Of a stretch of DNA of 64,000 nucleotides, positions 39,843-50,846 are shown one piece after another. The notes beneath the pieces are model-generated. The model had not been told where the DNA came from. It was given only the letters and a program-made list of their open reading frames with translations, and did no database searches. A program made the translations under genes and the position numbers. This DNA is from Ostreococcus lucimarinus (taxonomy: Eukaryota), in assembly GCA_000092065.1 (NCBI GenBank), contig CP000596.1. The stretch is one strand, 5' to 3'. The first letter of the stretch is position 1. Each line of letters starts with the position of its first letter.

Positions 39843-42185
39843 TTAGAATACACGCGAGTGCGCCGTGGCGACGCGAGCGAAAGCTGAGGGCGCGCGAGGA
39901 GATTTGCTGAAATTTCGACGCTTGCTGCCTGCGCCGCCTGGGCGCGGTTTAGGAGCGCGGTTCGGTGCCAAAGACGACGCCGCGCCGTTGGCATCGTTCG
40001 TTTTGATGCTGATATCGCTCGTAGATTTCGCGTCATCTACACGACCAACGCCACGACGCTCGCTACGCCACTTTTGCAGTCGCTCGTCCAACGCGCTTCG
40101 AGTCTTGCCGACGGTGTGCTGTCGCGAGTGAGTTCGTCCTTCGGCGATCTCGCTGTCGAATCGCGCGAACGCGTCGTTATCGCAACCCCAGCGCCGCATA
40201 ACATCACCGACGTCACCATCAAACTTTCTGAGCTCGTAAACGCTGCGCTTGTCGAGAATCTCGAATTGAGAGTCAGGGATGGTTTTCGAGCGCCACTCGG
40301 TGAGCTCTTCTTCACTCGCGAAGTCGCGCGTGTCCAAATCCTTAGGGTCGTACACGGCGTGACGCCAAAACAATACAGGGGAAGCCAACGTCCGCAGCAT
40401 CTCTTCGTCTTCGGTGAGCAGATTGTCCGCGCTCGCTCGCGCCACCGCCGCTTCGAGCGTGGGCAAGCAAATGGGATCCGTGTGCACGTGTTGCTTGGCG
40501 GTGTGCAAGTGATGCAAATGCATGCGATTGAGCTCCTTCACCTCTTGACGCATTTCATCCATGGACATATACTCTCCAGTGTCGGGGTGAATGATGTATC
40601 CTTCGTCGTCAGTGTATCTAGAGTACTTTGAAAATTGTGCGTTGGATGGCACTACCTCGGCGAAGCCGGGATCCGCAGCCGTGAGCGAGTTTTGCAACGC
40701 GTTCTCCATCGGGGAGACGTGAATGCGATGATTGATGCACTGCGGACAGTAGTCCAGCGCAAACAGTTCCCGTATGGGCGATCCAGGGTCGACGAGCTGG
40801 CGAACATTTTTCGATATCTGCGCCCTACCGCCTCGGGGAATCACGGCGAGCGAGTACGCCAAGGGCGTGATCGGTCGCAAATTGTAAAAACTCGCCTCCG
40901 CGCGCTTGAGATCGCGGAGCGGGTCGCATGAGACGTCATACTCGTCACCAATTGACGCAAAATCCATCATATCCGGTCCTTGCGTATACGTGTAAAAGCT
41001 AAAGTCGGTACATTCTCCTTGGTAGTACATGTTGAGCATCCACTCGATGCCGTACAAGTAGTCGTACACGCGCTTCTTCTTGACGTCATTCTGAGCGGGG
41101 TTAGAAGAACTTGCCAGCGCATTACTTGCCGATTTTGCCGCATACGATGTATCGGCAAGTTTCAAGGACAGTTGCTTTAAGAACGCCCAATTCACCGAAG
41201 TTTGAATTCCCGTCGCGCTCTTTTGCTTCTTTTTATATCCGGCGCCATCCGGCTTTGCTTGTGCGCTTAGCTCTTGATTTGCAGGCATCGGAAAGAGCGG
41301 ATCATCGCGATAGAGATAAGTACCTCGCATTTCCAAGTATGCTTTCCAGCTCGTCTTCGCCCCGAGCTTGCTGCCGGTGATGTAATCGTTCCCCATCATC
41401 GCCGACAACCCGATGAAGTCGCGTCTGGCGCTGTCGAGCGACGCACCCTTCGGTAACGATTGCAGCAGCAACTGATCAAACAGCCGCGCGCTGAAAACTA
41501 CGTTTCCACTCAAAACGTACACCTGAAACTCCTCGTTTGACGCGTATCGCGTCTTTTGACCTTGCCCGAAGAGCGTCATCGCGAGCAACAACGCGTCGCT
41601 GTCCTCCGTCACGATGCAGTGCGAGTGCCCTTGAAACCGTGGGTTCTGCAATCGCTGTTGAATCGACTTGACGAGTTTAATCTCCCCCTCTCCCGCCACG
41701 CGCATACTCGATATCTCGTACAGCACGTTATCAGCCGGCGAACCCGCGTGATCGCGTCGCAACATCCTCCGCGCCACGTAATACTCCAACGCCCTGTCAA
41801 TTTTCAGCGCCAACACGCTCCCCGGCGTGATTCCAATCTTCAACAGCTTGCTCATATCATCGCTCAGCGGCGTCGCCGCCCCCGCACTCAGTCGAATCCT
41901 CCGTCGTCTCTGCGTGATCGTCTTCGCCATCGGTGCCGGTCCATCCAGCGCCAACGTCACGCTGTGCCTCGGGTTCGTCTTCGTCAACCTGTTATCCAGC
42001 AGCGTGAACAACTTTTTAAAAAACGACCGCTCGCTGTTCGTGTTGTGCGCCGCGACGTGCAGAAGATTGTTCACGTCCACGTACACGTGATCGTACCGCT
42101 TCGGCCGCCGTTTGTGTCGTCCTCCGCGCAGGAACGCGCCGTTGAATTCGCGTTGGAGGTATTTGTTATACCCAGTGATGCCCAT
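39843..42185 (-). CDS. XRN-family 5'-3' exo(ribo)nuclease-like protein (divergent)
   Basis: The N-terminus MGITGYNKYL...YDHVYVDVNNLLHVAAHNT...LALDGPAPMAKTITQRRRR parallels the XRN_N acidic-residue motifs (FDNLYLDMNGIIH / AIDGVAPRAKMNQQR). The start is the Met at 42185. The remainder is divergent. Confidence 0.5.
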   Translation of the reverse strand: MGITGYNKYLQREFNGAFLRGGRHKRRPKRYDHVYVDVNNLLHVAAHNTNSERSFFKKLFTLLDNRLTKTNPRHSVTLALDGPAPMAKTITQRRRRIRLSAGAATPLSDDMSKLLKIGITPGSVLALKIDRALEYYVARRMLRRDHAGSPADNVLYEISSMRVAGEGEIKLVKSIQQRLQNPRFQGHSHCIVTEDSDALLLAMTLFGQGQKTRYASNEEFQVYVLSGNVVFSARLFDQLLLQSLPKGASLDSARRDFIGLSAMMGNDYITGSKLGAKTSWKAYLEMRGTYLYRDDPLFPMPANQELSAQAKPDGAGYKKKQKSATGIQTSVNWAFLKQLSLKLADTSYAAKSASNALASSSNPAQNDVKKKRVYDYLYGIEWMLNMYYQGECTDFSFYTYTQGPDMMDFASIGDEYDVSCDPLRDLKRAEASFYNLRPITPLAYSLAVIPRGGRAQISKNVRQLVDPGSPIRELFALDYCPQCINHRIHVSPMENALQNSLTAADPGFAEVVPSNAQFSKYSRYTDDEGYIIHPDTGEYMSMDEMRQEVKELNRMHLHHLHTAKQHVHTDPICLPTLEAAVARASADNLLTEDEEMLRTLASPVLFWRHAVYDPKDLDTRDFASEEELTEWRSKTIPDSQFEILDKRSVYELRKFDGDVGDVMRRWGCDNDAFARFDSEIAEGRTHSRQHTVGKTRSALDERLQKWRSERRGVGRVDDAKSTSDISIKTNDANGAASSLAPNRAPKPRPGGAGSKRRNFSKSPRAPSAFARVATAHSRVF

Positions 42186-42392
42186 GATTCTTCGCAAACG
42201 TTCGAGCGCGCGCGCGCGTCCGCGTCGTCGCGCGTCGACGCGCCGACCCTTCACGCGCGTCGCGTTCGCATGCGATTCGAGAGCCTCCGACGGCGCGCGG
42301 CGCGGTGACGCGGCGCGCGCGAGTGTGACGGCCCGCCTCGGTCTCGGCCCGACGAACGCCTCGGCCCGACAAAACGTCGCGCGGCGCGCGCG

Positions 42393-43256
42393 ATGCGCGC
42401 GCGCGCGGACGTCGCGCGCGTCCGCGCGCACCGCGCGAGCGCGCGAGCGCGGACGACGACGACGGCGACGACGAGGCGGCCGTCGCGCGCGCGCGCGGCG
42501 GCGAAAACCTCCGGTGCGGCGACGGCCAAGGCTGAGCGCCTGGACGCGCTGCTGTCGCGACTCGGGCTGACGTCGCGCGCCGACGCGGCGAGATTCATCG
42601 CCGAACGCGTCGTCACGACGGACGGCGCGCGGGCGACGGAACGCGCGACGAGCGGGAAACTCAAGGCGCGGGCGGCGGACGTGCGCGTCGACGGCGAGAC
42701 GCTCGAAGACGTCGACGGATTGCTAATCGTGATGCACAAGGCGCGAGGGGTGGTGTGCTCGCACGATGTCAGAGAAGGGACGAGCGTGTACGATGCGCTG
42801 CCGGAGCGCTGGCGCCGCCGGAAGCCGTCGATCGAGAGCGTCGGACGGTTGGACAAAGATACGAGCGGGTTGTTGTTGCTCACCGACGACGGCGCGCTCG
42901 TACACGCGCTCACGACGCCGAAGAAGGAGATTGGCAAGTGGTACAGGGTGAAAACTGACAGACCGATACCGCGAGACGCCGTCGAGGTGTTCGCGAGCGG
43001 CGAGTTGACGCTCGACGGCGAGACGAGGGCGTGCAAGCCCGCAGTCTGTGAATTAATGGACGACGAAACAGAAGCGCGCTTACGGTTGACTGAGGGCAAG
43101 TTTCATCAGGTGAAGAGAATGTTTGCGTTTTTCGGGTGCACGGTGATAGGGCTGCATCGAGAATCGTTCGGGTCGCTGACGCTCGAGAGAGCTGGAGTCT
43201 CGGAGCCGGGAGACTTCAAGACGCTTCCGTTAGATTTCGACTTTAGCGAAGAGTGA
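42393..43256 (+). CDS. RsuA/RluB-family pseudouridine synthase with an organellar presequence
   Basis: It has an S4-like N-terminal region and the catalytic motif GRLDKDTSGLLLLTDDG. The FHQVKRM C-terminus is present. There is an Arg/Ala-rich transit peptide. Confidence 0.7.
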   Translation: MRARADVARVRAHRASARARTTTTATTRRPSRARAAAKTSGAATAKAERLDALLSRLGLTSRADAARFIAERVVTTDGARATERATSGKLKARAADVRVDGETLEDVDGLLIVMHKARGVVCSHDVREGTSVYDALPERWRRRKPSIESVGRLDKDTSGLLLLTDDGALVHALTTPKKEIGKWYRVKTDRPIPRDAVEVFASGELTLDGETRACKPAVCELMDDETEARLRLTEGKFHQVKRMFAFFGCTVIGLHRESFGSLTLERAGVSEPGDFKTLPLDFDFSEE

Positions 43257-43351
43257 TGACGCAAACGATGTTCTCTAGTTCAGATGTGTGTATTGTAAAA
43301 CCGTGTTGTTAATAGTAGTGTAAAACAGTAGTACGACGTATCGGTAACGCC

Positions 43352-44818
43352 TTAAATGACCGGGCCTCCCGGCATGTGGAACTCATCGGCGAAGGCTTCA
43401 ACCTCTGCTCTGAGCGCGGCGATGGCCGGGACGTCGTTTTCGTCCAAGTACGCCTTGAAGTCCTTCAACTTACCACCCTCCGTCTTCTTCTTGATATCGA
43501 TCGCGATTTGGACGCCTTGGTCGATAAGATTGGCGACGCGAACGAAGTCAGCCTCCGTCATGCCGCGCGTCGTCATCGCAGGGCTTCCAATACGAATGCC
43601 ACCAGGAATCAGCGCCGAGGTGTCGCCCGGAACTGAGTTCTTATTGAGGGTGATGTGAGACAAGTCAAGGATCTTCTCCACGCGCGCACCATCCACGCCC
43701 TTCGGGCGCAAGTCGCACAAGATCAAGTGGTTGTCCGTGCCGCCGGAGACGAGCGTGTAGCCGAGTTCCATCAAGCGGTTGGCCATGGCGGCGCAGTTCT
43801 TGATGACTTGCTCTTGATACTTCACGAAGCCCGGAGTTTGAGCTTGCTTCAACGCCACGGCCAACGCGCCGATAGTGTGGTTGTGCGGACCACCTTGGAG
43901 ACCAGGGAAAACCGCCGAGTTGATGGCTTGCTCGTACTCTTTCTTGTAAAAGATCATACCCCCACGCGGACCTCGAAGAGACTTGTGCGTGGTCGTGGTG
44001 ACGATGTCAGCGTACTCGAACGGATCGTCCGCGAGTTTCGCGGCGACCAGACCAGAGATGTGCGCCATGTCAGCCATCAGGTACGCGCCGACATTGTCGC
44101 AAATCTCGCGCATGCGCTTGTAATCAAAATTACGAGCGTACGCCGAGGCGCCGGCGATGATCATCTTCGGTCGGAACAACATCGCATTCTCCTCGAGCTT
44201 GTCGTAATCGACCAATCCAGTGGCTTCGTTCAAACGGTACGGCATGGATTCAAAGTACACGGACGTGGCGGAGATCTTCTTCTTCGGCGTGTAAAACCCG
44301 TGCGTGAGGTGACCGCCGTGCGGCAAGTCCAAACCCATGATGCGTTCATGCGGTTGCAACATCGCCGTGTACACGCAAAAGTTCGCCGGAGAACCAGAAA
44401 GCACTTGCACATTCACACCCCATTCCGCCGGGTTCAATCGATACGCGCTCAACGCACGGTTTTGGCACAAGCGCTCCGTCTCGTCGATGAACTCGTTCCC
44501 ACCGTAATACCGCTGTCCCGGCAAGCCTTCCGAGTATTTGTTCGTCAAGCACGACCCATTGACCTCCATCACCGCCTTGGACGTAAAGTTTTCGCTCGCG
44601 ATGAGCTCCAATCCAAGTCTTTGTCGCTTCTTTTCCTTCAACAGAATCGAGTACAGTTCCGCGTCCAGCGTCTCCACGCCTTCGTCCTCGAACGGCGCCG
44701 GCTTGGCGCTTCGCGTCATCCGCGCCGCTCGGTTTCGTCGCGTCTTCCCGGACGTTGTCGACGACGAAGACGTCCATCGCGCATTCGTCAGCGTCGTTCG
44801 AGGCGCGACGGCGTACAT
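43352..44818 (-). CDS. SHM: Serine hydroxymethyltransferase (SHMT), mitochondrial-type presequence
   Basis: [10 protein letters not shown], the PLP-binding [17 protein letters not shown] and full-length similarity across the ORF. The N-terminal ~50 aa are presequence-like. Confidence 0.9.
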   Translation of the reverse strand: MYAVAPRTTLTNARWTSSSSTTSGKTRRNRAARMTRSAKPAPFEDEGVETLDAELYSILLKEKKRQRLGLELIASENFTSKAVMEVNGSCLTNKYSEGLPGQRYYGGNEFIDETERLCQNRALSAYRLNPAEWGVNVQVLSGSPANFCVYTAMLQPHERIMGLDLPHGGHLTHGFYTPKKKISATSVYFESMPYRLNEATGLVDYDKLEENAMLFRPKMIIAGASAYARNFDYKRMREICDNVGAYLMADMAHISGLVAAKLADDPFEYADIVTTTTHKSLRGPRGGMIFYKKEYEQAINSAVFPGLQGGPHNHTIGALAVALKQAQTPGFVKYQEQVIKNCAAMANRLMELGYTLVSGGTDNHLILCDLRPKGVDGARVEKILDLSHITLNKNSVPGDTSALIPGGIRIGSPAMTTRGMTEADFVRVANLIDQGVQIAIDIKKKTEGGKLKDFKAYLDENDVPAIAALRAEVEAFADEFHMPGGPVI

Positions 44819-45164
44819 CTTGCGCTGAAGCGAGTGCGTTCAAGTCGCACGGCGGCGAATTTCAAATTCGAACTCGACGACGACGACGACGACTGCGCGG
44901 CGCGCGGGACGAAGCGAGCGCGCGGGACGACTCGAGCGCGTTTCGATCGGTTGGCGTCGTTCGCGTGCGTGCGCGCGAGGACGACTCAGCGACGTGGAAC
45001 GCGCGAGGAAGTGCGGCGCGGCGGCACACTTGGGGTTTTTTGAATCACGCGACTATACTAGTCTAAGCGACGACGACACGATGTGAGCTAAGATCGCCAC
45101 GAATGCTAACGGGGAGGGCGGGGATGGGCGTGTGATAAATGTGCGCGATTACGCGCGCACGACC

Positions 45165-47858
45165 TCACGCACGCATAGCTTTGAGCTGGTTGTAACGGAT
45201 GAGAATGGCGTCGAGCGAGCGTCCCTCGCATGCGGCGCCGGGCTTGAGGAGACTTTCGAACGGTTCGTTGAAAGCAGCGCAGGCAATGAGGGCGTTATCC
45301 TGAACTTGGGTGAAAGGGTTGCGAACGACCGGATCGTCCTCGCATTCCGAATCGGATAGGTCGTCGCGTTCCATGCCGAATCGCCGCCGCAACGGGACGT
45401 CGTCGGCGTCGGAATCCGATGCGGAGTCCGCGATTTCTTCTCGCACGACGGTATTTTTACGTTTGCCGCGCGCAGTCGCGGCTGATTTAGGCCCGCGATT
45501 TACGGTCTGAGACGTTCGACCGGAGCTTGCGTTCTCGTGATCTCGCCAACGCTTGTGCACAGCAAACGGAACGCGGTCTTTCAAGCGCGAACACACAAAA
45601 TCCCACAATTTTTTGTCATACTTGCCCAGATCTCTCGCGTTTGCGCTCTTCCATTCGACTTCGTTCAACGCTCGCTCGATGATATTGATCTCGTTTTCAT
45701 CCAGCGCTCGCGTGGCGTGGTCGTACTCTCTCCGCACAGCGATTCCAATTTCCGTGTTCGCGTACATTTGCGCCTTTCGCAGTTGCAGCGCTCGCTCGCG
45801 TATGTTGGTTGGCTTGGCGTTCACGAGGAGCTGCGTCGCGATCGTGCGCCAGTCAGAACTGTAGCGGCGGATGCCCAATACTATCAACCACTCCTCGGCA
45901 GGAGTGAAGATGTCGTGTTTCGATCTCGCCTTCAACTTGTGCCGAACCAGCGGCGACAGCGGCGCAGCCCCGATGAGAAGGCTCGGATCAGGAGATATTT
46001 CCGGTAAGAACCGCTTCGTCAACTCGAAGACTTCGCGTGGCACCGGTTGCCACACGTAAAGATCACGTTCGAGTTCAGCTCGATTTCGCCCAAGCCTCAC
46101 TGGTATAATGCGTTTCGTCACAGGATCTTTAATGTGCTTGTCCGCTTCAAGTTTGTCGTACATGTCCATCACTTCAGTCCACGTCTTCGCGTGCGGTCTA
46201 AACAAATCATCCACTCGTACGTGTTGCTCTGAATTCGGTGCGAAAGCTGCGTTTGATGTCGCGTCGTGGGTCATCTCAAACATTTGCACCGGATTTCTCC
46301 ACAACCTCGGCGGCGGCGCGAAAGCGAGTCTGCTCATTGCGTGCACGAAATTGAACGCACATCGAAGAGGTGCGCAATCAAGAACAGTTTGCACGCCTCG
46401 CTTTTCCGTGCACACGTGCCAAGGCGCGTCATCGCCGCCGTATAGCGATTTAGCGTGCCTCTTTCTTTTCACGTCGCGCAGGCGCCTATCTTGCAACACT
46501 CCCGCGCGTTGCAAAATTGTGATGTTCACGAGTGTCGCGCTAGTCACTTCCACGAGATCTTCTCTCGTGGCACACACGCTATACGTTTGGAACAATAGTT
46601 GCGTGTGTTGGTGTATCTGTTTCGCGAGCGTCTTAAACTGCGCTGATGTCATCGACGACAATTTTTCGATCACCTTGTGATTTTTTTGAAGCAACTGTCG
46701 GCTCCTTTTTCGCTTCTCTCGCAGCGTTTTACCATCGCCCGTGCGATCGCTTGGTTCGCTGATTCGGTCAGATCGTCGCACGATTGACGGTGGTGCGCTC
46801 GCATCGCCTCGTCTGATCGCATCTAAGCGTTCTCTACGCAGAATGTACTCGTATTCTGCAGCTCTGGGATTTTCGTCGGCGTAATCGTCGTCGTTCTCAT
46901 CGTCTTCGTCCTCGTCTTCGTTCGCGTTCGTCCCGCGCCCCGAGGCTGATTGCTGGTGTAAATCGCCAAATTCAACACTCGCATCATTCAGTGTCGCCAG
47001 AAAACGATCGTACTCGGCCCCATCATCGAGCCAATCGTACTCTGGCTCGGCGTCTGGCAACGCGAGCTCGAGCTCAGCCAACTCGCGCTCCTCTATCGTC
47101 CCCGTCTTCGCCCGCGTACGCCGCGCGATGGCGTTCAACAACATCTCCTCGTCGTCGTCGTCGTCGAAGAATCCATCGAACCCTAAATCTACTGCCGCCC
47201 CCGCCGCGCGCTTCGCCGGCGAGTTCCCCAACGACGCCGCGCCCCTGGAATCGTCGTCGAAAACCGACGCAAACGCCGCGTTCGCCGCCCCTCCCCGTCG
47301 CCGTCTACCACCACCAGGCGCCCACTGCGCCGCGCGCGCGGCATCTGTGCCACTGAAACGCATCATCTGCATCGTGCCCATCCCCCTGCGCGGCGATCCC
47401 GCGTCAACCTCGCTCGCCGCTTCCACCACGGCGTCGAAGTCTTCGTCCTCCAGCGACACATCACTATCGCTCTCCGTGTCCTCTAAATACTCGCGCACCG
47501 GTCGCGCCAGCGCGCGCGCGTCGTCGTCGTCATCGACTCCGTCGCTCTCGTCGCTCTCGTCGCCTAAAGACCCGTCCTCGCTCGCGCTCTCGTCGTTGAA
47601 TTCCCAATCCAAACTCCCGAGCGCGGGACCGGGTCGGTAGTCTTCGTCGTCTAAATCGTCGTCGGAATCGATCGCCAGCGCGTCGAGGGTCGGATTGACG
47701 CGCGTCGTGTTCGTCGTCTTCGATTTCCCGCGCGGCGAGCGCGCGGGAGAGTCCATCGCGACGACGAGTGCGGATGAGCGCGAGCGGCGAGCTGTCGCGT
47801 TTGAATTCGACTCAACAAGAGGCGCCGCGTCGACGTGGGAATGATTGATGTGATACAA
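45165..47858 (-). CDS. Large acidic nuclear-type protein with two Myb/SANT-like domains; function unknown
   Basis: ORF of 897 aa with long D/E-rich stretches. There are SANT-like segments (FTPAEEWLIVLGIRRYSSDWRTIATQLL; KKLWDFVCSRLKDRVPFAVHKRWRD). The first ATG is only 28 bp from the NSA2 stop, so the true start may be the internal Met near 47756. Confidence 0.35.
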   Translation of the reverse strand: MYHINHSHVDAAPLVESNSNATARRSRSSALVVAMDSPARSPRGKSKTTNTTRVNPTLDALAIDSDDDLDDEDYRPGPALGSLDWEFNDESASEDGSLGDESDESDGVDDDDDARALARPVREYLEDTESDSDVSLEDEDFDAVVEAASEVDAGSPRRGMGTMQMMRFSGTDAARAAQWAPGGGRRRRGGAANAAFASVFDDDSRGAASLGNSPAKRAAGAAVDLGFDGFFDDDDDEEMLLNAIARRTRAKTGTIEERELAELELALPDAEPEYDWLDDGAEYDRFLATLNDASVEFGDLHQQSASGRGTNANEDEDEDDENDDDYADENPRAAEYEYILRRERLDAIRRGDASAPPSIVRRSDRISEPSDRTGDGKTLREKRKRSRQLLQKNHKVIEKLSSMTSAQFKTLAKQIHQHTQLLFQTYSVCATREDLVEVTSATLVNITILQRAGVLQDRRLRDVKRKRHAKSLYGGDDAPWHVCTEKRGVQTVLDCAPLRCAFNFVHAMSRLAFAPPPRLWRNPVQMFEMTHDATSNAAFAPNSEQHVRVDDLFRPHAKTWTEVMDMYDKLEADKHIKDPVTKRIIPVRLGRNRAELERDLYVWQPVPREVFELTKRFLPEISPDPSLLIGAAPLSPLVRHKLKARSKHDIFTPAEEWLIVLGIRRYSSDWRTIATQLLVNAKPTNIRERALQLRKAQMYANTEIGIAVRREYDHATRALDENEINIIERALNEVEWKSANARDLGKYDKKLWDFVCSRLKDRVPFAVHKRWRDHENASSGRTSQTVNRGPKSAATARGKRKNTVVREEIADSASDSDADDVPLRRRFGMERDDLSDSECEDDPVVRNPFTQVQDNALIACAAFNEPFESLLKPGAACEGRSLDAILIRYNQLKAMRA

Positions 47859-47886
47859 CTACATACAGCGCAACGCGTACGAGGGA

Positions 47887-48669
47887 CTAAACTAATAGCA
47901 CGCCGTTGACGCAACCGTCGTTCTCGGGGTTGTTCGTGATTTGTGCGTACTTCCCCCAGACGACTTTGCCTCCCGGCGTGACGAGACCGAGCTCGCTCAC
48001 GTTGACCTCGATAATCGTCCCTTTGGTGAGCACACCCAAAGACGAATACATCGGGCCGTTCGGGTTCTTCTTGACGCCTAAAATTTCCAGCTGAAACGTC
48101 GCCTTGAGCTCGGGATGGGTGATGTGTGCCTTGGTGAAACGCAAACCGCTCGGTCGAATGAAGCGTTCGTACTTCGGCGGCTTTCTCGTGAATCCCGGAC
48201 CGACGAACGTGGCCTTTGTGATCATGCGCTTCCACGACTTTTTCATTCGTTTCCCGCTTCGCATGACTTTGAACATCTCGTCCTCCGCCACCGGTCGCAC
48301 CTTGGGCAAAGGCACCTCCCACTTCCCCGCCTTTTCCTTTCGCTTTTGCTTCACCGTGTTCGACAGCACCTTCGCCCTGGACGTCTGCTCGCGATCCATC
48401 AAATACGCCGGTATCGCCCCCGGTTGCGCCTTTTCTTCCACCTTGTGCTTATTATTCCGTTCACTGTGCGAATTAATCGTCTTCTTCATCTCCACCTTCT
48501 CCTTGTGTCGCTTCTTCGCGTACAGCTTCGCCTTGAGTCCTATCAACTTCTTCGCCACCTGGCTCCGTTTATGCGGCTCGCGCGCCTCCTTCTTCCGCGT
48601 CCGCTCCTCATGATCCAATCGCTTCCCGTACCGTTTCTGGAACAGCTCGATGTGTTCATTCTGCGGCAT
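47887..48669 (-). CDS. NSA2: Ribosome biogenesis protein NSA2 (TINP1)
   Basis: [31 protein letters not shown]... matches NSA2 end-to-end. 260 aa. Confidence 0.85.
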   Translation of the reverse strand: MPQNEHIELFQKRYGKRLDHEERTRKKEAREPHKRSQVAKKLIGLKAKLYAKKRHKEKVEMKKTINSHSERNNKHKVEEKAQPGAIPAYLMDREQTSRAKVLSNTVKQKRKEKAGKWEVPLPKVRPVAEDEMFKVMRSGKRMKKSWKRMITKATFVGPGFTRKPPKYERFIRPSGLRFTKAHITHPELKATFQLEILGVKKNPNGPMYSSLGVLTKGTIIEVNVSELGLVTPGGKVVWGKYAQITNNPENDGCVNGVLLV

Positions 48670-49026
48670 CTCGCGTCGCGCTCGACGCGATTCGCGTCCT
48701 CGTTCCTCGTCGAATCAATCGAATCCAATCCAATCAAATCCAATCGACGCCGTCCCGTCGCCTCGCCGCCGCCGCCGAATCCCGTCCTCTTCACCGTCCG
48801 TCCTCGTCGTTCACGCGTCGCGTCGGTCGTTCGCGCGCCGGTCGCGCGCGCGTCGATCGCGGTCGACGCCTTCTCGCCGGACCCGCCCGCGTCTTCGCCC
48901 CGCGCGCCGTCGCGGTCGCGTCGTCGTCGTCGTCGTCGTCGCGTCGCGCACTGAAGGCGCGGCGACGGCGACGACGCCCGCGTCGTCGATGTCGTGTGGG
49001 TAAACAGTGCGAGATCGGCGGTCGGT

Positions 49027-49196
49027 CGCGAGGGCGTCGGCGCGGCCCCGATGTCGCCTCGCGAGGGCGTCGGCGTGTAAACCCTCGTTCTTTTTGTTCC
49101 TTCACTTCGTATCTTTTATTATACACAGTGTACCTGAAACTTTCTACTCGGCGCGGCCCCGATTTCGCCTCGCGAGGGCGTCGGCGCGGCCCCGAT
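49027..49196. repeat. Pair of ~33-bp direct repeats (CGCGAGGGCGTCGGCGCGGCCCCGAT[G/T]TCGCCT, 1.5 copies each side) flanking a 74-bp AT-rich core
   Basis: Read directly from the sequence at 49027-49075 and 49150-49196. The AT-rich core at 49076-49149 is unique in the window. The structure lies in the NSA2/RER divergent intergenic region. Confidence 0.7.
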
Positions 49197-49434
49197 CGAC
49201 GCGCGACGATCGACGCCCGACGACGACGACGGCGCATCGCGACGCGCGCGCGCGCGAGCGCTCGAGACCGTCGAAAGGCGCGGCGACCGATCGCGTCCCG
49301 ACCGAGGGCGACGCGCGAGACGCGCGCGCGACTGCACGCGACCGCGACCGCGATCGCGCCGAGTCCGAGGACCGACGCGTTGACGCGCGCGCGAGGAGCG
49401 CGCGAGGGCGAGGAGGGCGCGCGCGCGAGGCGCG

Positions 49435-50793
49435 ATGGAGCGAGCGATGACGCGCGCGACGGCGAGCGGGCGCGCGACGGCGTCGCGAACGATGATGGAT
49501 CGCGGGACGCGCGGGACGCGAACGCGAACGCGAACGCGAACGCGAACGCGAGCGACGCTCGGAGGGACGCGCGGACGCGAACGGGGACGGGCGATGGGCG
49601 TCGAGCGAGGATACGAGCGCGAGTGGGGATGGACGCGGGTCGTCGAGCGCGCGAGCGAAAGAGGGAGGAGGACGACGCGAACGGCGCGAGCCGCCGCGCT
49701 CGGGGACGACGGCGGGTCGAGCGGCGCGGGATCGAGCGGGAACGGCGGGAAAGGCGGTGATGGCGACGGCGGAGGCGAGGATGGGGGGGAGAACGATGAT
49801 GACGACGACGACGACGACGTCGTCGCGCGCGATCTCGATCAGCGGAGCAGCGCGGAGGAGGTGAAGTCGACGTGCGAGCGAAACGGGTTGGAAGTGCCGC
49901 GGGATTTGCTGGACGCGGACGGGGGGACGATGCGGTCGGACACGCTCAATTTGTACGTCAAGTACTCCAAGGTTAGTGTTTTAGCGTTCTTGATGAACAC
50001 GTTTCCCGCGGTGCGGGATCGCATGTTGGCTGATCCTCGGTTCGCGTTTAAGCTCTTCGTGGAAACCGGGGCGGACGCGGCGATGAATACGGCGATGGAG
50101 ATTAAACAGCGGGGCGAAACGTTTTGGGATGAGTTTGAGTTCTTCGCGTGCGATCAAATCGCCGCGTTCGCGGTGAACACGGCGATTTTGACGATTTGTT
50201 CGCCCGCCATCGTGCTCGGGAACACCACTCGATCGATGCGCAAGCTCGGCGAGCTGAGCGCCAAAGCCAACGGCGCGACCAAGTTGTGGTACCAGACTCG
50301 CAAATACATCGGCAAGCTGCCGCCGAACGTGTTCATGCTCGATCCCAAGCTCGGGTTGATGGCGAAACTCGCGCGCGGTGGCGCCACAATCGTCGCGAGG
50401 GGGGGACAGATCTTCTTCGTATCCACCCTGTGCGGCACCGTCGGTCAGGCGACGGCGAACAGTTTGATGATGTTGCGCCGAGCCGCGGGCAAGGACAAGT
50501 ACAGCAAGGCGTACGCCGAGTCCATCGACGATTCCGTGGACCCGCCCGTGTTGGACACGGGCTTGCTCTGGGGACGCTTCATGTGCTTTTCGGCCAACAT
50601 TCGTCAGCAGCTCGTCATCGGCGGCGAACGCGCGGTGGAGCAATTCGCGCGCGGAAATCGCCGCCTGACGAACGGCGCCACGATCGCGTTTCGAGTGTTC
50701 AACAACATCAAGAGTGGGAGTGATTTCAACGATTTCGTCATAGGGCAGGCGATCGCTGAGGCGGCGCGTAGAAACGGAGGCATACCGAGCTAA
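49435..50793 (+). CDS. RETICULATA-related (DUF3411) chloroplast-envelope-type membrane protein
   Basis: DPRFAFKLFVETGADAAMNTAMEIKQRGETFWDEFEFFACDQIAAFAVNTAIL matches the DUF3411/RER core. The N-terminal region contains a (GAACGC)6 microsatellite and an acidic tract, so the start codon is uncertain. Confidence 0.6.
   Translation: MERAMTRATASGRATASRTMMDRGTRGTRTRTRTRTRTRATLGGTRGRERGRAMGVERGYEREWGWTRVVERASERGRRTTRTARAAALGDDGGSSGAGSSGNGGKGGDGDGGGEDGGENDDDDDDDDVVARDLDQRSSAEEVKSTCERNGLEVPRDLLDADGGTMRSDTLNLYVKYSKVSVLAFLMNTFPAVRDRMLADPRFAFKLFVETGADAAMNTAMEIKQRGETFWDEFEFFACDQIAAFAVNTAILTICSPAIVLGNTTRSMRKLGELSAKANGATKLWYQTRKYIGKLPPNVFMLDPKLGLMAKLARGGATIVARGGQIFFVSTLCGTVGQATANSLMMLRRAAGKDKYSKAYAESIDDSVDPPVLDTGLLWGRFMCFSANIRQQLVIGGERAVEQFARGNRRLTNGATIAFRVFNNIKSGSDFNDFVIGQAIAEAARRNGGIPS
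49517..49555. repeat. (GAACGC)n hexanucleotide microsatellite, ~6 units (encodes RTRTRT… if translated)
   Basis: Read directly from the sequence. Confidence 0.8.
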
Positions 50794-50846
50794 TATTATT
50801 TTTAGGACGCCGTTGTAACATCGATATTGATTGATATCGCGCTTCT

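Noticed and set aside
49027-49196. Possible CRISPR-like repeat-spacer
   Set aside because: There are only two repeat loci with one AT-rich spacer, in a eukaryotic nuclear context with introns. This is not a CRISPR array.
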